A stretch of DNA of 42,319 bases from an uncultured Candidatus Saccharibacteria bacterium (GTDB taxonomy: Bacteria > Patescibacteriota > Minisyncoccia > Phycocordibacterales > JAACPR01): positions 1-42,319 of the forward strand of contig CAZRAX010000001.1 in assembly GCA_964598245.1 (NCBI GenBank), in the 5' to 3' direction. The notes below the pieces were generated by a model that worked only from the letters and a program-made list of their open reading frames with translations, was not told where the DNA came from and ran no database searches. Within the stretch, counting starts at the first letter, position 1. Every line of letters starts with the position of its first letter. The position numbers were made by a program, and so were the translations under genes. Below, in pieces: positions 1 through 8,125 of the stretch.

Positions 1-1092
1 GGACAGGTTACTTATGACTATGGAGATTATTACGATCCATATTACGACACCAACTATTATGGTAATGATTATGTAATTTATGATGATGGAGGATATTACG
101 ATCCTTATTCTTATAATGTAAATTTTGATTTATATTATTACGACGATGACTATGGTTATTGTGATGATTGTTACTGGTATGATTATAATTATGGATATGA
201 TTATAATTATAGATATAAAACATATACCTACAATTATGATTATGGTTGTGATGATTGTGACAGACCAAAAAGAAACGATTTAGATATTGAATGTATTATT
301 TCAGACACAACTTTAGAAGAAGGAGATTCAACAAGAATTTCTGTTGACATTAACGGTGGAGACAGCCCTTATGATATAGAATGGGGTGGTGATATTGATG
401 ATGTTGATGATTTTGACAATGATGCCAGAACTCAAATTATTGAATTTGATGATGAAGGAAACTATAGTTTTAGAGTAACTGTTGAAGATGATGACGGAAA
501 TCGTGAAAGTGACACATGTAGTACTATTAGAGTTAGAGAAGAAGACAATGATAAAGATTTTGATGTTCAATGTAAGATTTCAGATTATTCAGTAGAAGAA
601 GGTGATTATATTACCGTAGAAGTTGATATTGACGGAGGGGATAGTCCTTATGATATAGAATGGGGTGGTGATATCAATTCATTTGATAATTTTGATGATA
701 ACGATCGCAGACAAAGAGTTAGAGTTGATGATGATCGTGATATTGAATTAGAAGTTAAAGTTGAAGATGATGATGGTAATATTGAAAGAGACACTTGTCG
801 TGTTATTAGAGTTGACGAAGACGATGACGATGAGCAAGATATAAATGTTATTACAACTTCTAGATCGAGTACCCCAGATGGACAATTAGCTGGTCTACAA
901 TCTGTTCTACTAAACCAAGTTCCATATACTGGTCCAGTAGAAGATTTATGGAAAGTTTCTTTATTTGCTACTTTAGTAGCAGCTTGGAGTACACTTATTG
1001 GATATCTGTATTATAGAAATAGAAAAAGAAAAGCATTTTCAGCAAGTATTCAAACTTTCAAAGATCAAAATCAATTAAGTAAAATTAAATAA
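1..1092 (+). CDS. Cell-surface protein, 3' fragment (5' end outside window): Tyr/Asp-rich low-complexity module, two PKD/Ig-like 93-aa repeats, C-terminal VPYTG motif + TM helix + basic cluster
   Basis: Frame 1 is open from nt 1 to TAA at 1090-1092. It is absent from the ORF track because it has no start in the window. Hand translation gives GQVTYDYGDYYDPYYD...YGYCDDCYWYDYNYGYDYNY...GCDDCDRPK, then DIECIISD...GGDSPYDIEWGGD...DTCSTIRV and DVQCKISD...GGDSPYDIEWGGD...DTCRVIRV, then LNQVPYTGPVEDLWKVSLFATLVAAWSTLIGYLYYRNRKRK... The His/Asn-rich minus-strand track ORFs 8..268 and 328..570 are the antisense shadow of this frame. Confidence 0.8.
   Translation, partial: GQVTYDYGDYYDPYYDTNYYGNDYVIYDDGGYYDPYSYNVNFDLYYYDDDYGYCDDCYWYDYNYGYDYNYRYKTYTYNYDYGCDDCDRPKRNDLDIECIISDTTLEEGDSTRISVDINGGDSPYDIEWGGDIDDVDDFDNDARTQIIEFDDEGNYSFRVTVEDDDGNRESDTCSTIRVREEDNDKDFDVQCKISDYSVEEGDYITVEVDIDGGDSPYDIEWGGDINSFDNFDDNDRRQRVRVDDDRDIELEVKVEDDDGNIERDTCRVIRVDEDDDDEQDINVITTSRSSTPDGQLAGLQSVLLNQVPYTGPVEDLWKVSLFATLVAAWSTLIGYLYYRNRKRKAFSASIQTFKDQNQLSKIK
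277..834 (+). repeat. Two tandem 279-nt (93-codon) coding repeats inside the surface protein
   Basis: Unit 1 spans 277-555 and unit 2 spans 556-834. A nearly identical ~30-nt core (ccttatgatatagaatggggtggtgata) occurs at about 365-393 and 644-672. Both units share Cys near the start and end, EEGD, and GGDSPYDIEWGGD (PKD-like WxxGDG-type motif). Confidence 0.8.
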
Positions 1093-1124
1093 ATAAAAAA
1101 TTCCCATATTGTTTTATCAAATAT

Positions 1125-1156
1125 AAAACAGCGACCTGTTCGGGTCGCTGTTTTCG
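1125..1156. terminator. Bidirectional rho-independent terminator between the convergent surface-protein gene and thrS
   Basis: AAAACAGCGACC-TGTTCG-GGTCGCTGTTTT. The 11-bp perfect stem pairs 1126-1136 with 1143-1153, with an A-run upstream and a T-run downstream. It lies between the stops at 1092 (+) and 1174 (-). Confidence 0.75.
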
Positions 1157-1173
1157 TTTCAAACTCACTTTTA

Positions 1174-2901
1174 TTAATTAAGCTTAGACAAAAGTTCTTC
1201 ATAAGAAAGAGTCCCGATTTGCCCATTATCACGACTTTCAAGAGTATAATTATCTTCTTCAATTTCTTTGTCACCAATAATGATAAAGTAAGGAACTTTT
1301 TCAGTTTTGGTTTTTCTGACTTTTTTCCCAAAACTATCATTTGAGTTATCAATTTCAACTCTAATATCTTTTTCAAACATTTTTTGATAAAGATCTTTAG
1401 CTTTTTCTAAATGAACTTCAGCAACTGGTAAAATTTTAACTTGAACTGGTGCTAGCCAAAATGGAAACTTGCCAGCAAAATGCTCAATTAAAATTGCCAT
1501 AAATCTCTCATAAGAACCAAGAATCGCTCTGTGAATCATAACAGGAGTTTTCTTTTTACCGTCTTGATCTGTGTATTCTAGACCAAATCTTTTTGGCATT
1601 GCAAAATCTAATTGAACAGTGGCTAATTGCCTATCATTACCAAGAGCATCTTTGAACATGTAATCAATTTTTGGACCGTAAATAGCTGCTTCACCTTCTA
1701 TTTTTTTAGCATTTAATTTAAGATCATTCGTTATTTCCTCAAGCATTTTTTCAGCTTTATCCCAATCTTTTTCATCACCGATATACTTTTCGGGATGTTT
1801 ATAATCGCGAACAGATAAAGAAACCCAACGCTTGTCCCACAAGCCAAGGTCTGTATAAAATTCTTCTATAATTTTACAAAGATTTGTAACTTCTTCTTTG
1901 ATTTGATCAGTTGTACAAAAAGTGTGACCATCATCAACTTGAAATGATCTAGTTCTCGTTAGCCCGCCAATTTCTCCTGGTTTTTCATCGCGATGTTGTT
2001 GTGTTGATTCCATATATCGTAACGGGAGATCACGGTAGCTTCGAGGTTGAGAAGCATAAATTTGAGTATGGTGAGGACAATTAACTGGTTTTAAAACTAA
2101 TTCTTCATAGTGGCCAACAACTTTAAATAATTCATCAGAAAATTTTTCAGCATGACCAGATGTTTCATAAAGTTTAATTTTAGCCATATGGGGGATTTGA
2201 ACTTCTTGAACTCCATATTTTTTACTAATTTTTTTCAGTTTATTGTAGAGCTCTTTGATGATGACAGTTCCTTTTGGTGTATACATTGGTAACCCTGCTC
2301 CAACCAATTCAGAAAAGGTGAACAAATCCATTTCTTTTCCAATTTTACGGTGGTCTCTTTTCAGAGCTTCTTCTTTCATTTTTTTATATTCATCTAATTG
2401 ATTTTTATTTTCAAAAGCAATTCCATAAATACGAGTTAGCATTTGATTATTTTCATCTCCACGCCAATAAGCACCAGCAATTCGATCAATAAAAAAAGAA
2501 TCGGTATCTATTTCGGAAGTATTTTGTATATGAGGACCAGCACATAAATCAACAAAATCACCAGTTTTATAAATAGAAAGTTTTTCTCCGTTTTTAACTA
2601 ATTCATCTATTAACTCAAGTTTGTATGGCTGGCTAACAAAAATTTCTCTAGCTGTATTTTCGTCAACTTCTTGATATTCAAAATCGGTATCTTTATTAAG
2701 TTGTTTTTTAATCCCTTTTTGAAAAGTTTTTAAATCTTTTTCGGTAGGATTTTTGTCTGGACTAAATTCAAAATCATAATAAAAACCATTATCAATAACT
2801 GGGCCAATGGCTAATTTGGCATCTGGATCAAACTTTAAAACCTCAATCGCTAACAGGTGAGCCAGCGAATGTCTAATTTTTTGTAATTTTTCCTCATTCA
2901 T
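1174..2901 (-). CDS. thrS: Threonyl-tRNA synthetase (starts at the editing/second additional domain; no TGS domain)
   Basis: 575-aa ORF. HSLAHLLA and DLCAGPH editing-site motifs, class II core (RDHRKIG, FQVDDGHTF, GPKIDY) and a C-terminal anticodon-binding domain are present. It aligns with E. coli ThrRS from about residue 66 onward. Confidence 0.95.
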   Translation of the reverse strand: MNEEKLQKIRHSLAHLLAIEVLKFDPDAKLAIGPVIDNGFYYDFEFSPDKNPTEKDLKTFQKGIKKQLNKDTDFEYQEVDENTAREIFVSQPYKLELIDELVKNGEKLSIYKTGDFVDLCAGPHIQNTSEIDTDSFFIDRIAGAYWRGDENNQMLTRIYGIAFENKNQLDEYKKMKEEALKRDHRKIGKEMDLFTFSELVGAGLPMYTPKGTVIIKELYNKLKKISKKYGVQEVQIPHMAKIKLYETSGHAEKFSDELFKVVGHYEELVLKPVNCPHHTQIYASQPRSYRDLPLRYMESTQQHRDEKPGEIGGLTRTRSFQVDDGHTFCTTDQIKEEVTNLCKIIEEFYTDLGLWDKRWVSLSVRDYKHPEKYIGDEKDWDKAEKMLEEITNDLKLNAKKIEGEAAIYGPKIDYMFKDALGNDRQLATVQLDFAMPKRFGLEYTDQDGKKKTPVMIHRAILGSYERFMAILIEHFAGKFPFWLAPVQVKILPVAEVHLEKAKDLYQKMFEKDIRVEIDNSNDSFGKKVRKTKTEKVPYFIIIGDKEIEEDNYTLESRDNGQIGTLSYEELLSKLN

Positions 2902-2943
2902 ATTTATAGATTATGCCTTATTTTTGTTTGAATTAAAAGTTTT

Positions 2944-5900
2944 TTACAAAACCTTGATTGCATCAGCAAGCATACTTAATTCATCATTTCGTTTATTTAG
3001 TTTACCTTTGATGGCGATACATTTACCAATTTTTAAATCATTTTTATTTTTTTCAAATATTTTTGGGAAAGCAACTATCTCGAGCGTCTCAGTCAAGTCG
3101 CTGACTCTAATAAATGCCATTTCGTCACCCTTTTTTGTTCTAATAATACGAACGTCATCAATATGGCCTGCAATAATTGTACTAAAACCAGAACGATTTT
3201 CTTTTTTGATCTCAATAATTTTTTTTGCTTTTTCTAATTTTTCTTTAAATTGTTCAAGCGGATGCCCAGAAATATACAATCCGAGTAGTTCTTTTTCCCA
3301 AGCCAGTTTATCTTTTTCAGTAGCAGATTTTGTTGGAGAAAGTTTTAAATGACTAGCTTCAACGTCTCCACTAAATAGAGAATTTTGATCAGTTGATTCC
3401 TTGGAAAGTTCTTTTGAATAACTTAATATTTCATCTAGATTTTCTAACATCTCCCCACGTTCTCCAAGTTTATCCATTGCACCACACTTAATCAGCGCTT
3501 CCATTGATCTTTTGTTTAAGTTTTTATCTTTAACTCTTTTCAAAAAATCTTCTAGAGATTTAAATTTACCATTACGCTTTCTCTCTTCAATTATTACATT
3601 GGCAATTCCTTCACCAAAGTTTTTTATAGTTGTAAGACCAAAGCGAATCCCGTCTTCAGATCCTTCTGCCAGTTGCTTCGCTTTTTCAGAAATTTCACGC
3701 CCCTCTTTATCTTTACTCATGATTACAGTAAAGTCAGCAAAAGATTCGTTGATATCTGGGGGTAGGACTTCAATATTCATTCTTTTACATTCCTCAACCA
3801 TTTCGGCTACCTTTTCGACATCACCAGATTCAGCAGTTAAAACTGAAGCCATATATAAAATTGGATAATTTGCTTTTAAATAAGAAGTTAAATAAGCAAC
3901 ACGTCCATAGCTGGCAGCATGAGCCTTATTGAAACCATAGGCTGCAAATGTTTCAATTGATTCCCATAATTTTTCAGTTTTTTCTTTGGAAAGACCGCCG
4001 ATTTCCTGACAACCTTTGGTAAATTTTTCATATTGCTGTTTCATAATTTCGGGGATTTTTTTACCCATAGCTTTTCGAAACTTATCAGCTTCTCCCCACG
4101 AATAACCAGCAAAATTAACAGCAAGTAGCATGATGTCATCTTGATAAATTAAAATACCAAAAGTTGGTTCAAGAATTTCTTTGAATCTTTCATCAAGATA
4201 CTTAACTTTTTTAGGATTATTTTTCCTTTCAATATAATCAGGAATAAAAGCCATTGGACCTGGTCGATACAGTGCGACCATGGCGTTAATATCATTTATA
4301 TTTGTTGGCTTAAGTTGTTTTAAAAATTGGGTCATTCCTTGTCCGTTTAATTGGAAAGTTGCAGCAGTTTCTCCTCGAGATAACATTTGGTAAGTCTTTG
4401 GATCATTTAGCGGAATTTTATCAATATCGATATATTTTTCATAAATTTTTTCAATTAGTTTTATGGTGTTACCCATAATAGTTAAGTTTTTTAAACCAAG
4501 AAAATCAAATTTCAAAAGTCCAACTCCATCTTCACCAACGGCATGCATGTTGTACTGAGTGATTAGATGACCTTCACCCTTGGGATCGAATTGAAGAGGG
4601 GTATCATCAGTTAGTGGATCAGGCGAAATAACAACCCCCGCGGCATGAACTCCAATGTGACGAGCACAGCCCTCAATTTTTTTAGCCATGTCTAGAATTT
4701 TTTTAGTGTCAGATTCTTTTTTGTATATCTGTTTTAATTCAGTAACTTCATCTAGTGCACGATCAATTGTCATCGGGAACCCTTGTGCACCGAATGGAAT
4801 TAATTTAGCGATTCGATCAGCAATGCTATATTCATAGCCCATGGCTCTGGCAACATCACGGACAGATCCTCTGGCGGCCATTGTTCCGAATGTTCCAATT
4901 TGAGCAACATGCTCTTTGCCGTATTTTTGACGAACATATTCTATGATTGTATCTCTTTTATCGTCGGCAAAATCCATATCAATATCAGGGGCAGAAGGCC
5001 TTTCTGGATTTAAAAATCTTTCAAAAGGTAAATTAAGCTCTATTGGGTCAACGATTGTAATTCCAATAAGATAAGAGACGAGGGATCCAGCAGCTGACCC
5101 TCTGGTGTTTGAAAGAATTTTTCTTTCTTTGGCAGCGTGTAAAATATCAGCAACCGCTAAAAAATATTTAGCATATCCTTTAGTTTTAATAATATTTAAT
5201 TCATAATCAATTCGATCAACTATCTCTTTAGTTTTTTCTATTCCACGATAACTCAAACCTCCATAGGCTTTGTGTCGAAGTTCATCATCAGAATTTTTTC
5301 CAGATTCAATTTTGTAGTCGGGAAATTTCCATTTTCCAAGTTCAATTTCTACATTACATTCATCAATAATTTTTTGAATATTTTCAATTGCATCAGGAGT
5401 TTCTTCAAAAAGATTGTGGGCTTCTTTTTGATCTATAAAAGAAAAGTCTGATTCGTCTTGATCAAAATCTGAGTCACCACCAAAATTTGTTTGAACATAC
5501 AATAATGTTCGGCGGGCTTCTTTATCTTCTGGATTTAAATAATAAACATCATGAGTTGCAACTAACTTAGCATTATTTTCTCTAGCAAATTTAATAATTT
5601 TTTTGATTGCTTCACTGAAACCCTCAATTTCTGGATGATGACAAATTTCTAGATATAAATTTTCATCACCATAAGTATCTCTATAAAATTTTAATAATTC
5701 ATGTGATTTGTTCTCATCATTAAATTTTATTGCTTTAGCCAAGTCCCCAGAAAAAGCGGGGATAATACAGATTAAATCTTTACTATATTTTTCAATTAAC
5801 TCTTTATCGATTCTTGGTTTGTAATAAAAACCTTCAAGGTGAGAATCCGTGACTAATTTAATTAAATTTTGATAACCCGTGTAGTTTTTCGCTAGTAGGA

Positions 5901-6171
5901 TTAGACGGCTTCTTTGGGTATCAATTCGTGGTTCTTTATCGTGTCTAGTTCGATTAGCTACATAAAAATCAACTCCAATAATTGGTTTAATTTTTGCATC
6001 TAAACATTTTTGATAAAATTCAATGGCGCCATATAAATTACCGTTATCGGTTAAGGCAATAGCAGGCATTTCATTTTTTTTAGCTTTCTCTATTAGTTCA
6101 GGAATTTTAGGAAGAGCATTTAAAAGGCTATAATGGCTATGTGTATGTAGATGGCAAAAATTAGTCTTCAT
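2944..6171 (-). CDS. dnaE: DNA polymerase III alpha subunit
   Basis: 1075-aa ORF. N-terminal PHP domain (CHLHTHSHYSLL), palm/fingers motifs (PDIDMDF, GLLKFDFLGL, FNKAHAASY) and a C-terminal OB fold. Confidence 0.95.
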   Translation of the reverse strand: MKTNFCHLHTHSHYSLLNALPKIPELIEKAKKNEMPAIALTDNGNLYGAIEFYQKCLDAKIKPIIGVDFYVANRTRHDKEPRIDTQRSRLILLAKNYTGYQNLIKLVTDSHLEGFYYKPRIDKELIEKYSKDLICIIPAFSGDLAKAIKFNDENKSHELLKFYRDTYGDENLYLEICHHPEIEGFSEAIKKIIKFARENNAKLVATHDVYYLNPEDKEARRTLLYVQTNFGGDSDFDQDESDFSFIDQKEAHNLFEETPDAIENIQKIIDECNVEIELGKWKFPDYKIESGKNSDDELRHKAYGGLSYRGIEKTKEIVDRIDYELNIIKTKGYAKYFLAVADILHAAKERKILSNTRGSAAGSLVSYLIGITIVDPIELNLPFERFLNPERPSAPDIDMDFADDKRDTIIEYVRQKYGKEHVAQIGTFGTMAARGSVRDVARAMGYEYSIADRIAKLIPFGAQGFPMTIDRALDEVTELKQIYKKESDTKKILDMAKKIEGCARHIGVHAAGVVISPDPLTDDTPLQFDPKGEGHLITQYNMHAVGEDGVGLLKFDFLGLKNLTIMGNTIKLIEKIYEKYIDIDKIPLNDPKTYQMLSRGETAATFQLNGQGMTQFLKQLKPTNINDINAMVALYRPGPMAFIPDYIERKNNPKKVKYLDERFKEILEPTFGILIYQDDIMLLAVNFAGYSWGEADKFRKAMGKKIPEIMKQQYEKFTKGCQEIGGLSKEKTEKLWESIETFAAYGFNKAHAASYGRVAYLTSYLKANYPILYMASVLTAESGDVEKVAEMVEECKRMNIEVLPPDINESFADFTVIMSKDKEGREISEKAKQLAEGSEDGIRFGLTTIKNFGEGIANVIIEERKRNGKFKSLEDFLKRVKDKNLNKRSMEALIKCGAMDKLGERGEMLENLDEILSYSKELSKESTDQNSLFSGDVEASHLKLSPTKSATEKDKLAWEKELLGLYISGHPLEQFKEKLEKAKKIIEIKKENRSGFSTIIAGHIDDVRIIRTKKGDEMAFIRVSDLTETLEIVAFPKIFEKNKNDLKIGKCIAIKGKLNKRNDELSMLADAIKVL

Positions 6172-6191
6172 TAAGATAATAATAATCTAAA

Positions 6192-6854
6192 ATGACAAAA
6201 AACAAAAATCAACAAAAAGATAAGTTAAAAAATTCTAATAATAAAGTACCTAAATTTATCATTGGTATCGACGAGGTTGGACGTGGCCCGGTAGCTGGTC
6301 CTGTTACAGTATGTGCTGTTTTAATGACAGAAGATGCTTATAAAAGTTTTAAAAAAAATGAATTATGTCAAAAATTGCGTGACTCGAAAAAACTTTCACC
6401 TAAAAAACGACAAGAATGGTTTAATCGAGTTAAAAAATGGCAAAAAGATGGGATGTTAGATTTTGCTGTTTTTAATTTAAGTGCATCAGCAATTGATAAG
6501 TTTGGAATTAGTAGTGCGATTCAGAAATGTTTAAATAAGTGTTTGGAAGAATTGGATGTCCCTTTTGGGAAAGATCGATCGCAGATTTTATTAGATGGGC
6601 GATTGCTTGCACCAGATAAATATCAGAACCAGAAAACAATTATTGGGGGAGATGCTAGTGAGCCAATTATTTCTCTTGCTTCAATTATAGCCAAAGTCAA
6701 AAGAGATAAATATATGATAGAAAAATCAGAACAATATTCAGAATATGAATTTGATAAACATAAAGGTTATGGAACCTCTGCCCACATGAAAGCAATAGAG
6801 AAATATGGTCTTTCAAATTTTCATCGAAAAAGTTTTTTAAAAAGGTTTTTGTAG
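6192..6854 (+). CDS. rnhB: Ribonuclease HII with a short Lys-rich N-terminal extension
   Basis: 220-aa ORF with IGIDEVGRGPVAGPV (DEVGRG catalytic motif), DSKKLSPKKR and GYGTSAH motifs. Confidence 0.9.
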   Translation: MTKNKNQQKDKLKNSNNKVPKFIIGIDEVGRGPVAGPVTVCAVLMTEDAYKSFKKNELCQKLRDSKKLSPKKRQEWFNRVKKWQKDGMLDFAVFNLSASAIDKFGISSAIQKCLNKCLEELDVPFGKDRSQILLDGRLLAPDKYQNQKTIIGGDASEPIISLASIIAKVKRDKYMIEKSEQYSEYEFDKHKGYGTSAHMKAIEKYGLSNFHRKSFLKRFL

Positions 6855-6918
6855 AAAAGTTAAGAATTCAAGTTTTTTCTTTACAAACTCAACAATATCT
6901 GTTAATCTTTTGCCTATT

Positions 6919-7161
6919 ATGACAGTAAGAATGAGACATACCAAAGCCCATACAAGAAACAGAAGATCGCACCATGCGCTCTCAAATCCTGCTTTGACAA
7001 AAGATAGTAAAACAGGAGTAGTTTCAATGAGACATAGGGTATCTCCAATAAATGGAGAATATAAAGGTAAAAAAGTTCTTGAAATTTCTTCAAAAAAGAA
7101 AAAAGCTTTAAAAGAAAAACCAACAGAAGAAACCCAAGAAAAAACTGAAGAAAAGAAATAA
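6919..7161 (+). CDS. rpmF: 50S ribosomal protein L32 with a Lys/Glu-rich C-terminal extension
   Basis: MTVRMRHTKAHTRNRRSHHAL matches the L32 N-terminal signature (RRSHxAL). The track ORF starts at TTG 6910; ATG 6919 gives the conventional N-terminus, so the start is uncertain. The C-terminal tail is KKKKALKEKPTEETQEKTEEKK. Confidence 0.8.
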   Translation: MTVRMRHTKAHTRNRRSHHALSNPALTKDSKTGVVSMRHRVSPINGEYKGKKVLEISSKKKKALKEKPTEETQEKTEEKK

Positions 7162-7188
7162 AGCCAACTAAAAAGCTTGGCTTTTTTC
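7161..7188 (+). terminator. Possible rho-independent terminator after rpmF
   Basis: AAGCCAA (7161-7167) pairs with TTGGCTT (7177-7183) around a 9-nt loop, followed by TTTT. The stem is short and AT-rich. Confidence 0.4.
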
Positions 7189-7222
7189 TTTAGTTAGATA
7201 TAATTACTACTGTAATTACAAT

Positions 7223-8125
7223 ATGGCGAATAGGCACCTTTCAAGATCAATAGTACTTCAAACTCTTTTTGAGTTGGATTTTAAACAAAGTGATAAAAAA
7301 TTCGCTGAGAGTATTCTATTTCGTAATGTTGAAGAATTTGCTCCTGGTATTGGTGATGATACCTTTATGAAAAAATTATTAGAAACTATTTTATCCAAAA
7401 AGACAGAAATTGATCAAATAATTGAAAAAGCTGCTCCTGATTGGCCTCTCGATAAAATTGCGATTGTTGATCGTAATGTTCTAAGGCTTGGTTTAACAGA
7501 ATTGCTTTTTTCTGATAAGGGCGAGGTTCCAGCCAAGGTTGCTATTAATGAGGCCATTGAACTTGCCAAAAATTTTGGTGGTGAATCAAGTGGAAAATTT
7601 ATTAATGGAGTTTTGGGTGCTGTTTATAAAGAAATGGGAGAACCAGGAAAAGATGAAACTTCTTCAAGAAAAAAAGAAATTGCTTTTGACGAAATGGTAA
7701 TTGAAAAAAAAGTCGGTGCAATTGTCTTTTCCGAAAAAGGTGAAGATTTCTATATTGCCTTAGTCCATGATGTATTTGGGCACTGGACTCTTTCAAAGGG
7801 CGGACTTGAAGATGGTGAAGATAATGAAGCTGGTTTAAAAAGAGTTGTTAAAGAAGAGTTGGGTATTGATCTAAAAGAAATTATTGAAAAATTAGGAGAA
7901 AATGAATATGTTGCTAATCATCCTGAAAAAGGCAAGCATCGTAAACAGGTTACTTATTATTTAGCCAAAGCTAATTTTGGTGATTTAAAACTTGGTGAGA
8001 CAGGTGGATTAGATGATGCCCGATGGTTTAAGCTTCAAGAAATTCTTGATTTAAATTTTTATGATGATATTCTGCCTTTAGTTACCAAAGCAATTAAAAA
8101 ATTGGCAACTATTAATACGAAATAA
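7223..8125 (+). CDS. nusB: NusB antitermination factor fused to a C-terminal Nudix hydrolase domain
   Basis: 300-aa ORF. The N-terminal ~140 aa are NusB-like (RSIVLQTLFELDF..., AINEAIELAKNFGGESSGKFINGVLG). The C-terminal ~140 aa carry a Nudix box GGLEDGEDNEAGLKRVVKEELGI (nt 7799-7867) preceded by GHWTLSKG, resembling Ap4A-hydrolase-type Nudix proteins. Confidence 0.85.
   Translation: MANRHLSRSIVLQTLFELDFKQSDKKFAESILFRNVEEFAPGIGDDTFMKKLLETILSKKTEIDQIIEKAAPDWPLDKIAIVDRNVLRLGLTELLFSDKGEVPAKVAINEAIELAKNFGGESSGKFINGVLGAVYKEMGEPGKDETSSRKKEIAFDEMVIEKKVGAIVFSEKGEDFYIALVHDVFGHWTLSKGGLEDGEDNEAGLKRVVKEELGIDLKEIIEKLGENEYVANHPEKGKHRKQVTYYLAKANFGDLKLGETGGLDDARWFKLQEILDLNFYDDILPLVTKAIKKLATINTK

Noticed and set aside
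8-570. Minus-strand track ORFs 8..268 (His/Asn-rich) and 328..570
   Set aside because: They are antisense shadows of the long plus-strand frame-1 ORF (1..1092). That ORF has coherent domain structure, tandem repeats and a C-terminal anchor. The antisense products are low-complexity His/Asn or Ile/Asn/Ser strings with no features.
2924-3868. 142-aa and 118-aa plus-strand ORFs (2924..3352 and 3512..3868) overlapping dnaE, and the 101-aa ORF 1071..1376 overlapping thrS
   Set aside because: They lie entirely within well-supported conserved genes. Their translations are Ser/Phe/Leu/Ile-rich antisense or off-frame noise with no motifs.
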